A stretch of 64,000 nt of DNA from Candidatus Saccharimonadota bacterium. Its GTDB lineage: Bacteria; Patescibacteriota; Saccharimonadia; Saccharimonadales; OFTM59. The stretch is from contig JAJDCK010000011.1 of the NCBI GenBank assembly GCA_029260855.1, positions 11,978 to 75,977 on the forward strand, written 5' to 3'. The position numbers were made by a program, and so were the translations under genes. This document shows, one piece after another, positions 1 to 8,901 of this stretch. Position 1 is the stretch's first letter, and every line of letters starts with the position of its first letter. Below the pieces are notes generated by a model. The model was not told the DNA's origin and did not search any database. It saw only the letters and a program-made list of their open reading frames with translations.

Positions 1-585
1 CTCTCTTCCGCCGTGTAAATCAGTACGGGATAATCGCCTGTCAGTATCTCTCATATTCACAAACCAATTAACGGACCCGTGTGGTTTGAGGTAATTATAG
101 GTCGTGTAATAATCTAAAGCTCCGCCCAGGGTGTATCCATAGACGTTGTTTAGAGCTTTGTCCAATAGTAGGTCGTAATTGAAATTAATGAACGCACATT
201 CGTCTTTGTCATCTACTTGCGCTAGCTTCTGGAGAAAAGCGTGATACCCGCTTGTATCAGAATATGTGGTAGATATCTGTACCATAGTCCACCAGATATA
301 AAGTGCTAAGTCCCCAAATAACTTCCTGCCAGCCGCTAATGCTTCTTTACCGTGAGGTTCGCCTAATTTTGTCCACCCTTTAGTTAGCCACTCCTCAATA
401 GACTCATCGCCTATGAGTTTTTTGAGTTGCTCAATACGACTCTTACTGACAAATACATCGGACGCATAAGTATGATATTGGCTATCGAAGAGGTTATTAA
501 TTAAAGGTGCGTGAAGCTGCGGCTGTAATTGCGACGTATCTTGAGAACCAAGACTGGCACCTGCACCAAAAATATAGACCTTCAT
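1..585 (-). CDS. SIR2-like (DHS-like NAD-binding) domain protein; N-terminal 195 codons only, C-terminus off the window
   Basis: Own reverse-strand translation (absent from the ORF track because it is open at the edge). ATG at 585-583 and no stop down to position 1. MKVYIFGAGASLGSQ..., FINFNYDLLLD and LKPHGSVNWF match the G-A-G-A-S loop, NYD and HGS motifs of SIR2-like proteins. Confidence 0.6.
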   Translation of the reverse strand, partial: MKVYIFGAGASLGSQDTSQLQPQLHAPLINNLFDSQYHTYASDVFVSKSRIEQLKKLIGDESIEEWLTKGWTKLGEPHGKEALAAGRKLFGDLALYIWWTMVQISTTYSDTSGYHAFLQKLAQVDDKDECAFINFNYDLLLDKALNNVYGYTLGGALDYYTTYNYLKPHGSVNWFVNMRDTDRRLSRTDLHGGRE

Positions 586-687
586 AAGATTATTGTATCG
601 CCTTACTAAATTTTTAGCTTGGTTTGCTGAACACTATCTTGCTACTACATAACATTTACCGACACTTTAGCCTATACTGTTAATACT

Positions 688-2757
688 ATGGGAGCAGCAG
701 AGAAAGAAAAGCAGTTTATTGATACCATCAAAAAAGATGTTTTTCCTGATGCTACATCTATAACCCGTATTGGCTCAAATAATCGAATGAATAGCGATAC
801 ATTTCGCGTACAGCTTCCCGAAGGTGACTCAGTAGTTATCAAGCTCTTGAAAGCCAACCGATACGTTCGACCTGATGAACTCGAGCAAGAACAGAAGGCG
901 CACGAAAGAATAAAGGAATCTGGTAAACAGATACCAGTAAGTGAACTTATTTCCTTTGGAACGGTTAAATTATCGGGTGTAAGTACTCCATACCTAGTTT
1001 TCCCTTTCATTGATGGCTACGACCTGGCACGCACCATAGGAAAATCTGGAACTTTCACGGAGGCTGAGACTCTAAAATTCATAAACTTTGGGGTCGGGGT
1101 AATTGACGACCTTAGAAAACTCGACATCATACATCAGGACATCAAGCCAGGGAACATTATTAAACACGATAAAGGCTATACGATTATTGACCTTGGGATA
1201 GCAAAGTTCATTAACTTCAGTCGCCCCGAACTTGCCAAACCTCAAGGTCCAGCAAGGTACTTATCACCAGAGAAAACAAACTTGGCTCTCGAAAGTTCAC
1301 CAAAAAATGAACGCCAACTAACCTTTGTAAGCGACCTCTACTCACTTGGTGTGGTGTGTTTCGAACTGCTCACTGGCAGTGACTTTGGCAGGCTCTGGGA
1401 TATAAGTAAGCGTCACGAGGTATCAGATAAAATACGCACAGGTGAAGTCCTTGATATTCAGGATAAAGAGTTAAGGGAAAAGCTCGCAGCACTATTAGAG
1501 CTAAGCGTTGCCGATAGACTTCAGCAGTCGTCAAAGCTGTTTGGAATTGAACTTGATGAGAGTACCTTCTTAACGGACTATTGGCTCTATAATCCCTCAC
1601 AGAAAGCCGTAAGGACTGTTTGCAAAGACCTACCAGAGCAAGACTATGGGATTATATTGCCTGCAAAAAAATGTACCGATACAACAAAAAAATTCGTTGC
1701 GCATATGCAGAAGAACGGCTGGTCTGTCATTATTGACCCGCTCACATATCGTATGCAATTCAACAAATCAAATCACGAAGACCCCCTTGCGCGACTACCT
1801 TACTATCTGCAAACAATTAATGAGCATTTTATGACTGACCCCCTTGGTGTTAGTGACTTCACGAATAAAGTAATTGCACATCAGCAAAAATTTAACCCAG
1901 ACTATTACATAGCTCCATACTTCTATATTGAAAAGCCATCTGATAAGCTACTTGACCTTAGTTTCAATACTTACAAGATGGCAAAAGCAATACTCGTTGC
2001 CCAAGACGTAACTAAACCCCTTGCGTTTAGCTTGGTGTTATCGAAACAAGTTTTGATGAACGAGGACTACCTACGAGATATAGCAGACCAAATTATCTTG
2101 CGCCCCGAGTTTGACCATATCTACTTACAAGTCGAGGTTCCTAAGTCTAACCATCTGCCCTTTGCGGATAAAAGAGTCCTGAGTGGCTTGGATAAGTTTC
2201 TAGCAAAGCTTGCTCCAACTAAAGCTATTCTAGTAGCAAATATAGACCAATCAATCTTATGCTCTTTTGCGAAGAATCAGTTCGCTATTGGTATAAATCC
2301 TAAAGACCCGCGCAAGCACGATATAGAGTACCTAATCAAGGAACGCCCACGGGCAGGTATAAAAAGAAAGAAGGAGCATACTCGATATCGTGTGTATCTT
2401 TCGGACCTATTGAGTGACCTGGATATCGACCGCGACATCAATAAACCTGGTTTCGTAACATTAAACTCAAGTCTGAATATGGGTGGAGATACAAAGTACT
2501 CAAGGGGTGTTGGTGGGATTACCAACTTTAAAACCGCTGATGGTGACCTAAGGGTCCAACACTTCATTCAAAGTTTTGGTAAACAGATGACAACTATACG
2601 AAAATTCAAGCCGCAAACCGCTGAACGCAAAGCGCAAGTACTCAAGATGTTTGACCGAGCAGATGACTGCTTCTCACAATTAGATAAAGCTGGTATTGCA
2701 CTTGATGCACAAAATACAGGTGAGTTTATTGATACCTGGCGGGCAATTGTTAGCTAA
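688..2757 (+). CDS. Ser/Thr protein kinase (Hanks type) fused to a ~390-aa uncharacterised C-terminal alpha/beta domain
   Basis: Kinase motifs VVIKLL (catalytic Lys), HQDIKPGN (catalytic loop), DLG, SPE and LYSLGVV lie in residues ~30-290. I could assign no family to residues ~300-689. Confidence 0.8.
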   Translation: MGAAEKEKQFIDTIKKDVFPDATSITRIGSNNRMNSDTFRVQLPEGDSVVIKLLKANRYVRPDELEQEQKAHERIKESGKQIPVSELISFGTVKLSGVSTPYLVFPFIDGYDLARTIGKSGTFTEAETLKFINFGVGVIDDLRKLDIIHQDIKPGNIIKHDKGYTIIDLGIAKFINFSRPELAKPQGPARYLSPEKTNLALESSPKNERQLTFVSDLYSLGVVCFELLTGSDFGRLWDISKRHEVSDKIRTGEVLDIQDKELREKLAALLELSVADRLQQSSKLFGIELDESTFLTDYWLYNPSQKAVRTVCKDLPEQDYGIILPAKKCTDTTKKFVAHMQKNGWSVIIDPLTYRMQFNKSNHEDPLARLPYYLQTINEHFMTDPLGVSDFTNKVIAHQQKFNPDYYIAPYFYIEKPSDKLLDLSFNTYKMAKAILVAQDVTKPLAFSLVLSKQVLMNEDYLRDIADQIILRPEFDHIYLQVEVPKSNHLPFADKRVLSGLDKFLAKLAPTKAILVANIDQSILCSFAKNQFAIGINPKDPRKHDIEYLIKERPRAGIKRKKEHTRYRVYLSDLLSDLDIDRDINKPGFVTLNSSLNMGGDTKYSRGVGGITNFKTADGDLRVQHFIQSFGKQMTTIRKFKPQTAERKAQVLKMFDRADDCFSQLDKAGIALDAQNTGEFIDTWRAIVS

Positions 2758-3400
2758 CTAAAATCGCATTCTCAAAAGCAGTTGCGGAAAAGATGTTTGG
2801 TCTAATCTCTTCACGTTTAGGTTCAGATATAATTTCAAGTCCTGTATCAGTTACCTCAATGAGTCCAACATTGTATTTCTCGAACTCACCAATAAACTTC
2901 CTTGCTCTGTGAATATATGGCGAGTACAGCGCCAAGTAGGACTGATTAGCGTAATCACGATAGCGATAGGCTTGATAAAGACCACGTCTCCAGTCTTTTA
3001 GCTTGGCTTCAATAGCGACTACCTCGCCAAACCCGACCTCATAATCTTTGACCTTTCTGTAGGAATCCTCAAGCTGTTGGATGAAACCATCTTCAAGAAG
3101 GTAGGTTAGCACTTCGTTTCTATTAGAAAACCCAGCCAATCTTTGTTTCAGCATTGTTATGCTTATGACTTCCTCAGCACCGCCTAAGTCATTTAGTAAT
3201 CGGATAATGTCGGCGGACTTAATTGGGGGGGTTCTTTGGCTGACTTTTGAAGTGTCTGGCTTTAGGTTATAAAAAACAACATCCGCGATGCCATAACCAG
3301 ATGATAGTTCCTGTGTTTCAAATTCAAAAGTACCCAGCTTATCTTTATTTGCAGATAAGATTGGCAACATTTGCGATTCGTAGGTTAGCATACGAGGCAC
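2750..3400 (-). CDS. Predicted PD-(D/E)XK nuclease with an inserted winged-helix domain
   Basis: E(TQE)...GIADVVF...[~55-aa wHTH-like insert IIRLLNDLGG..LTYLLEDGFI]...VVAIEAKLKDW...QAYRY gives a D / E-x-K arrangement. Its tail overlaps the kinase gene by 8 nt, in convergent orientation. Confidence 0.5.
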   Translation of the reverse strand: MPRMLTYESQMLPILSANKDKLGTFEFETQELSSGYGIADVVFYNLKPDTSKVSQRTPPIKSADIIRLLNDLGGAEEVISITMLKQRLAGFSNRNEVLTYLLEDGFIQQLEDSYRKVKDYEVGFGEVVAIEAKLKDWRRGLYQAYRYRDYANQSYLALYSPYIHRARKFIGEFEKYNVGLIEVTDTGLEIISEPKREEIRPNIFSATAFENAILVS

Positions 3401-3489
3401 ATTTCTATTATAAGCTTTTTTGTTTAAATTTTGTGCTTAAGCTTATATTAGCACCCGAGGCAAAATCCTACAAAGTATTGAGGTAGTGG

Positions 3490-3756
3490 CTACATATTCT
3501 CGCAAGCTATGCCATCACCATTTTCATCAAGATTATCAACATTATTGGTTTTACTGCCACCTTGAGCCTTGAAGTATCGCTGTGCTTCATCCTGGCTAGG
3601 AAAGTCGATGCAATTATAGTTAGTTCTGTCTGGATGAGGGAAAGCTTTATACGCCACGACTCCAATTCCTCCGATGATAATACAGGCGAATATAATAAGT
3701 CCGCCGAGAGTAACCACTTTTTCTCCTGTTGTGGCGTTGGGGTTGAAAAATGCCAT
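3490..3756 (-). CDS. Membrane-anchored Excalibur calcium-binding domain protein
   Basis: There is one TM helix (LGGLIIFACIIIGGIGVVAY). The C-terminus DFPSQDEAQRYF...DNLDENGDGIACE matches the Excalibur DxDxDGxxCE motif. An AAGGAGG RBS lies 5 nt before the ATG. Confidence 0.7.
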   Translation of the reverse strand: MAFFNPNATTGEKVVTLGGLIIFACIIIGGIGVVAYKAFPHPDRTNYNCIDFPSQDEAQRYFKAQGGSKTNNVDNLDENGDGIACENM

Positions 3757-4014
3757 ATGCCTCCTTAGTTATTAAGGACGGTAATTAAAAAGACCGCCCC
3801 AGTGAGCTTGCGCCCGATAACTCTTTCGAGCTACCACATAGTGAACTAGTCCTGGGACGGACTTTTGTTCACTATGATTTTTGACCATACCTTCTCTTGC
3901 GAGTGGCTTTAGGTCTAAGCCGAAACCGACTTATGCCATCAAGTATAACTTAAAGATATACACAACGGGAAAAACAGAGGTAATTTGAGCAAAAAATACA
4001 TACGAAAGGCTACG

Positions 4015-4040
4015 TTGACGCAAAAATAAGGTGATATAAT
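4015..4040 (+). promoter_or_regulatory. Putative extended -10 promoter (TTGACG ... TGaTATAAT)
   Basis: TTGACG at 4015-4020 and TG-A-TATAAT at 4032-4040. The spacer is only 14 nt, so the call rests on the extended -10 element. The predicted start falls on the first ACACGGCAAGC copy (4047). Confidence 0.35.
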
Positions 4041-4316
4041 GTATGTACACGGCAAGCTCTAAAATAAAGAGATAAAATATAATCTATTAATTTGACTTTT
4101 CTGCTGGAATTAACCAGACAGAGGCTTTCTACACGGCAAGCCAGAAGAAGAAAGGTCTTTTCTTGCCGTGTCTTCACCCAAGAATTTTAGGAAAACTCCG
4201 CCCAAAAAAGCGGATATTAAAAAGCAGTGTGACGACCTCGCCATACTGCTTCTGCGTGTGTACAAAAAGATGAAATTAACAGAGGAAAAAGGTATAATAG
4301 AAGCAGGAGAAAACCA

Positions 4317-5906
4317 ATGATTTCAAAGCAAAAAGCAGTCGCACTTTGTCGAGTATCAACTTCCAAGCAACGGATATTTGGTAACAGTCTAGATGCACAG
4401 GAAGCACGTATAGTTAAGGCTGCTGAACTGCTGGAGGTACTGCTCCCTGATAACTATATTTGGCGGATGGATATCTCCAGCAAAAAGGGTAAAAACATCA
4501 AGAGAAAAGACTTGAAGGAAATACGCGAGCTTTGCCGAAAAGATAAGAGTATCAAGTATTTTATCGTTGATGAACCAGACCGTTTTATGCGCTCAATTAA
4601 AGAGTTTTATTGGTGGAAAGTTGAATTTGAACAAATTGGGGTCGAACTTCGTTTTGCTCATAAGCCTCTTGCAAGTGATAACGACCAACACCACGTTTTT
4701 GATGAGCTTATAGATGTATATCGCGCTGAGTCGAGTAATCACGAACGCACTACTAAGGCGAATGAAAAGATGCAGTCAAGAATTGACTTAGGCTACTACC
4801 CAGGTTATTGCCATACAGGATATATGAAGTCTGACGTTAAAGGTATCCACGTTCCTAGCGAACCACAGTTTAGTTTGCTACAAGAAGCATATCGAGATGT
4901 TGCATCAGGAAAGAAGAGTTTGCGAGAAGCACTGACTTGGCTAGCAAGTGCTGGCTTTAAGTTAAAGAACGGTAAGAGGCTGGATATGATGCAATTCAAG
5001 CGCATCTTAAAAGAGCCTTATTACTATGGTGCAGTCAAAATGGGTGATTTCCAGCAGAACGAAAAAGGGCTTCATAAAGCTATGATAAATAAGGAAGAAT
5101 TTGAGATAGCTTCAAAGATTGCGAAGGGTCAGAAAGCACGGTTTACAGTTAATCGACATAACCCTGAATTTCCAATGAATGGGTTACTCTGCGAGGAATG
5201 CTTCATCAGTAACAAACGTTCTGACGGAAAGTTTACTGGGTACAAACACCACAATGGCAAAAAGGAAAGTTCACGTAAGTACTACAAGCGATATCGTTGT
5301 AGGAGCTGCGGGAATCCATTTACCCAAGAGGAACTGCACAAAAGAGTGAGTGACTACCTTGCGCCTGTTAGGCTTGCCCCAGAAGTGCGCGAAGAGCTTA
5401 TCCATAGCCTCCGCAAAGCGTGGGCTGAAATAGAGCAGGACAGCATAGCTGAGATTACACGACTTCGTACGCGTCTAACTCACGCTAATGAGCAGAAGAT
5501 GAGACTAGTTATATCACTAGCCGATAATCCTGAAAATAAAGCAGACACACAGGAAGCCATTGTTCTTAAAAAAGAAGAAATTGGCATTATCGAGGATGAG
5601 CTTACTAAAGCTCAGGATATAGAAAGTGACTTTAATGAATTCGTAGAGTTTTCACTCGGCTTCGTAGACAACTTAAAAGCAAATTGGTGGAGTCTCGACC
5701 ACGAAGACAGATTGAGGTGCGAAGAGCTTCTTTTCCCACAGTTTTTAAGGATTGATAAAAACAAAAAAGTTAGCACCCCAGAAATAAGCTACATTTACAG
5801 ATACAAGCCATCAAAAAAGACACCCGTAGGTGCCTTAAATGCTATATCTGGAGGGCCAGGAGGGACTCGAACCCTCGACATTCTGCTTAAGAGGCAGACG
5901 CTCTAA
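4317..5906 (+). CDS. Large serine recombinase (resolvase/invertase catalytic domain + recombinase domain + zinc ribbon + coiled coil)
   Basis: N-terminal AVALCRVSTSKQ carries the catalytic Ser motif. CEEC...CRSCG forms a zinc ribbon, followed by a long coiled-coil region. AGGAG RBS is present. The last ~19 codons are antisense to tRNA-Lys. Confidence 0.85.
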   Translation: MISKQKAVALCRVSTSKQRIFGNSLDAQEARIVKAAELLEVLLPDNYIWRMDISSKKGKNIKRKDLKEIRELCRKDKSIKYFIVDEPDRFMRSIKEFYWWKVEFEQIGVELRFAHKPLASDNDQHHVFDELIDVYRAESSNHERTTKANEKMQSRIDLGYYPGYCHTGYMKSDVKGIHVPSEPQFSLLQEAYRDVASGKKSLREALTWLASAGFKLKNGKRLDMMQFKRILKEPYYYGAVKMGDFQQNEKGLHKAMINKEEFEIASKIAKGQKARFTVNRHNPEFPMNGLLCEECFISNKRSDGKFTGYKHHNGKKESSRKYYKRYRCRSCGNPFTQEELHKRVSDYLAPVRLAPEVREELIHSLRKAWAEIEQDSIAEITRLRTRLTHANEQKMRLVISLADNPENKADTQEAIVLKKEEIGIIEDELTKAQDIESDFNEFVEFSLGFVDNLKANWWSLDHEDRLRCEELLFPQFLRIDKNKKVSTPEISYIYRYKPSKKTPVGALNAISGGPGGTRTLDILLKRQTL

Positions 5907-5925
5907 CCAGCTGAGCTACTGGCCC
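5849..5925 (-). tRNA. tRNA-Lys(CTT), CCA encoded
   Basis: GGGCCAGTAGCTCAGCTGGTTAGAGCGTCTGCCTCTTAAGCAGAATGTCGAGGGTTCGAGTCCCTCCTGGCCCTCCA folds as a manual cloverleaf with anticodon loop CT-CTT-AA. Confidence 0.93.
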
Positions 5926-6101
5926 TTGTCGGAACCGATGGTCGGCTTACATATAACAAATAATAACTTGTTATATTACATCCACTAGTCGCTTCCTCCT
6001 TTCAAATTTGCGAATCCCCTCGCAAATTTGTTTAGATGCAAAAAGCGCAACAGGGGAACTTTAGCAAATTACATCTGTTTTTTCAATGGTAGACTGTCAG
6101 T

Positions 6102-6692
6102 ATGAAGATACGTGAGCAGAAAGAGCTATTGCGGCGCGACTTAATAAAACACAGGCAAGCACTTACGCGCAGGGATGTAAATAATATAAGTCAAACAATT
6201 ATCAACCACTGTATTAGTTTTATACCATGGGGAAAAGTACGCTCGCTCCACACATATGGTCCCATTGCTGAGCAGAACGAAATAAATACTTGGCCCCTGC
6301 TGAAATATATTTGGGAAGATCAACCACACGTTACAACTCTAGTGCCCGTCATGGTTAAGCAAAAAATGCTTAACGTAGCGGTCAATGCTAAAACCAAATG
6401 GCGCAAAAATAAATTTGGCATCCCGGAACCCACTAATGCGACCGTGTCGCTTTTGTTTCATCAATTTGACTTCATAATCGTACCTGCGCTGGGCTTTGAC
6501 AAAAACGGATATCGGCTCGGCTATGGTAAGGGCTACTACGACAAATTCCTGGCAAAACAACCACACGCTACAACCATCGGACTTGCCTATGCCAACGCAG
6601 AAGCTAAAACAGGGCTGCCGGTTGAACCGCACGATGTTAAGCTGAACAATATAGTTACCGAGAGCGGCGTAGTGGAACCCATCCCAAGATAA
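6102..6692 (+). CDS. 5-formyltetrahydrofolate cyclo-ligase (MTHFS)
   Basis: The C-terminal motif GYRLGYGKGYYDKFL and the ~195-aa size are typical of the 5-FCL family. Confidence 0.8.
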   Translation: MKIREQKELLRRDLIKHRQALTRRDVNNISQTIINHCISFIPWGKVRSLHTYGPIAEQNEINTWPLLKYIWEDQPHVTTLVPVMVKQKMLNVAVNAKTKWRKNKFGIPEPTNATVSLLFHQFDFIIVPALGFDKNGYRLGYGKGYYDKFLAKQPHATTIGLAYANAEAKTGLPVEPHDVKLNNIVTESGVVEPIPR

Positions 6693-6817
6693 AATTTTGA
6701 GTTACAAGACGACTATTTTAGGCTGCAAACCGTTTATCACTCATCAACGTAATATCTATTACACTTCCTCGCGTTAAACAATTTTCGCTCTAAACTAGCA
6801 CATTTTTACTACCAAAA

Positions 6818-7288
6818 TTATCTTGAAATGCGTTCCAAAACTTCGTTCCAAAACTTAAGGCCATTTTGCTCTTTTATTTCACTATGCCATTTTTGGATAA
6901 AACCTTCTGAGTAATCAGGGAAGAATTGGTCGCAACCAAAATCAGCTTCAATGTGCGTCAAGTAAAGTTCCTCGGCTTGGCTAATCGCTTGGTTATATAC
7001 ATCAGCTCCGCCAATAACCCATACATCACTTAACGTGTTAAGTATTGATAAGTTATTTACTATTTGAGCGCCTGGTATAGGTATATGTCCCTTAGATAAA
7101 ACTAAGTTTCTCCGGCCGGGTAGGGGATGCCCGATTGCGTCATAAGTCCTCTTGCCCATTAATATAACGCCGCCCTTCCCCCTGGTTTGTTCACTAAAAA
7201 AGCGTCTGTCGTCTGGTAGGTCCCACGGTATGGCGCCATTTTTAGCAATACCACGCCTATTATCAATAGCGACAATTAGCCGGATCAC
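6818..7288 (-). CDS. folA: Dihydrofolate reductase
   Basis: IVAIDNRRGIAKNGAIPWDLPDDRRFF...LMGKRTYDAIG...GRRNLVLS are canonical DHFR motifs. Confidence 0.9.
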   Translation of the reverse strand: MIRLIVAIDNRRGIAKNGAIPWDLPDDRRFFSEQTRGKGGVILMGKRTYDAIGHPLPGRRNLVLSKGHIPIPGAQIVNNLSILNTLSDVWVIGGADVYNQAISQAEELYLTHIEADFGCDQFFPDYSEGFIQKWHSEIKEQNGLKFWNEVLERISR

Positions 7289-8556
7289 ACATCGCTCCTG
7301 ATTAATGGCCGAACATGGTTCATTAGATAAAACGACCCAGTGATCAAGAGCAATGGTTCAGAACGTTTTAGAAGTTCACTGAATGCGACTTCTGGACTTT
7401 TAACAACCGTAAGGTTTTTAAACCCCATCTGTCTGCAGTGCTCTGATACTCGTTCAGGATCTACAGAAACTTTTGGCAAGTCCTGCTTGCCGCCGAAACT
7501 AGTCAATATAATGTGGTCAGACAGGTCAATAATAGCCCCCAGGTCTGTGCGAGCCGTGAAATCAGGACTTTCAACGACGGCAAGCAGCGTAGCAATCTTT
7601 TGCCCGCTATATTTTGCTTTTAGGCTTTCGGCCAGAGCCTGCATCTTCTGTGCATTATGCGCCCCGTCCATAATAATTGTCTTGCCCTCGTATTCAACAA
7701 TTTCCATACGCGCCGGAATATAAGTTTTAGCTAATTGTTGGACCACAGAATCATCCAAATGTTTTAAATTGTCCCGTACTTGCAGATACTTGTATACGGC
7801 AAGAGCAAGCTTGAAATTACGCTGCTGATAAAAGGGCAGGGCGGTAGTCGTATTATCCAGCGAGGCCTCTTCTGCTACTGTTAATTCCCCGCTCTGCTCA
7901 ACAACTTTTTCGTTTACTATTTTCATAACTTCATCGGGTTGTTTGTGCATTATTACGCGATTACTCTGCTGGATAATGCCGGCTTTTTGTACGGTAATCT
8001 CTGCGATCGTGTTGCCCAGTACTTCTGTATGGTCCAGATCAATATCTGTAATAGCGCACACTTTATCGCTTCTTGTGATGACGTTTGTGCCGTCCAGCAG
8101 CCCGCCTAGACCTACTTCAATTACGGCATATTCAACCCCTGCCCTTTTAAACTGCCAAAAAGCAAAGGCAACCAAAAGTTCAAAATATGTAGGCTTAATA
8201 TCTATTTTTTCCAACAGGCCCATAAAAATATTAAGTTCGCTGCAAAACTTATTTTCCGGCAGTGGTTTTAGATTTATTTGGACACGTTCATTTACATCAT
8301 CAACGTGTGGCGAAACTGTCAGACCCACCTTTTTGCCCGCCGCTTTAAGCATCGCAGCAATGTAATAGCTCGTCGAAGTCTTACCGCTAGTACCCGCAAC
8401 ATGTATACATTTGTAAAAATCTTGTGGGTTGCCAAGTGCAGCCATAAGACTACGCATCCGGTCAAGTTTATAGGCATCTTTAACAAATTGGCTCGGCTGG
8501 GTTACGTGACGAGACAATAGTTCATTTACGTCTTCAAGGGTTCTTAGCCTATACAT
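7285..8556 (-). CDS. folC: Folylpolyglutamate synthase / dihydrofolate synthase (Mur ligase family)
   Basis: HVAGTSGKTSTSYYIAAML P-loop, DGTNV..., and DGAHN. There is a 4-nt overlap with folA. Confidence 0.85.
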   Translation of the reverse strand: MYRLRTLEDVNELLSRHVTQPSQFVKDAYKLDRMRSLMAALGNPQDFYKCIHVAGTSGKTSTSYYIAAMLKAAGKKVGLTVSPHVDDVNERVQINLKPLPENKFCSELNIFMGLLEKIDIKPTYFELLVAFAFWQFKRAGVEYAVIEVGLGGLLDGTNVITRSDKVCAITDIDLDHTEVLGNTIAEITVQKAGIIQQSNRVIMHKQPDEVMKIVNEKVVEQSGELTVAEEASLDNTTTALPFYQQRNFKLALAVYKYLQVRDNLKHLDDSVVQQLAKTYIPARMEIVEYEGKTIIMDGAHNAQKMQALAESLKAKYSGQKIATLLAVVESPDFTARTDLGAIIDLSDHIILTSFGGKQDLPKVSVDPERVSEHCRQMGFKNLTVVKSPEVAFSELLKRSEPLLLITGSFYLMNHVRPLIRSDV

Positions 8557-8720
8557 CGTTTCACTTCTCTCATAAGATGATACACTGTATTCTGTTCTTT
8601 AAAAATCTCTGAACCAAGCAGGTACCTGCTGTTTAGAAATTTTAAAGGAAGAAGTGACTAGAAGGTGGAACGAAAGCCGCTTTAGCGAATTTCGTGTAAG
8701 CTGACCGTCGTTTCTGACGT

Positions 8721-8797
8721 GCGCCCGTAGCTCAGCGGATTAGAGCATCTGTCTTCGGAACAGAGGGTCGGGGGTTCGAATCCCTCCGGGCGTACCA
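8721..8797 (+). tRNA. tRNA-Arg(TCG), CCA encoded
   Basis: GCGCCCGTAGCTCAGCGGATTAGAGCATCTGTCTTCGGAACAGAGGGTCGGGGGTTCGAATCCCTCCGGGCGTACCA has anticodon stem TCTGT/ACAGA and loop CT-TCG-GA. Confidence 0.9.
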
Positions 8798-8901
8798 TTA
8801 TATTTATGCTCATGCTTGCGTTTGCTTAGAAGTTAATTGATTATAAAAGTATTATGTCTCCTGAAAATCTGGATTACTCTGCTGATAGCCTATAGCACCA
8901 C

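Larger units (their letters stand above)
1..5925. mobile_element. Right-hand portion of an integrated genomic island bounded by tRNA-Lys(CTT); left boundary outside the window
   Basis: The recombinase gene abuts and overlaps the tRNA 3' end. The cargo is accessory-type genes, and the composition looks more AT-rich than the flank (by eye, not computed). Confidence 0.45.

Noticed and set aside
4110-4243. A 55-codon minus-strand ORF within the spacer upstream of the recombinase.
   Set aside because: It has no RBS and an odd composition, and it overlaps the hairpin repeats, which are better explained as RNA/DNA structure.
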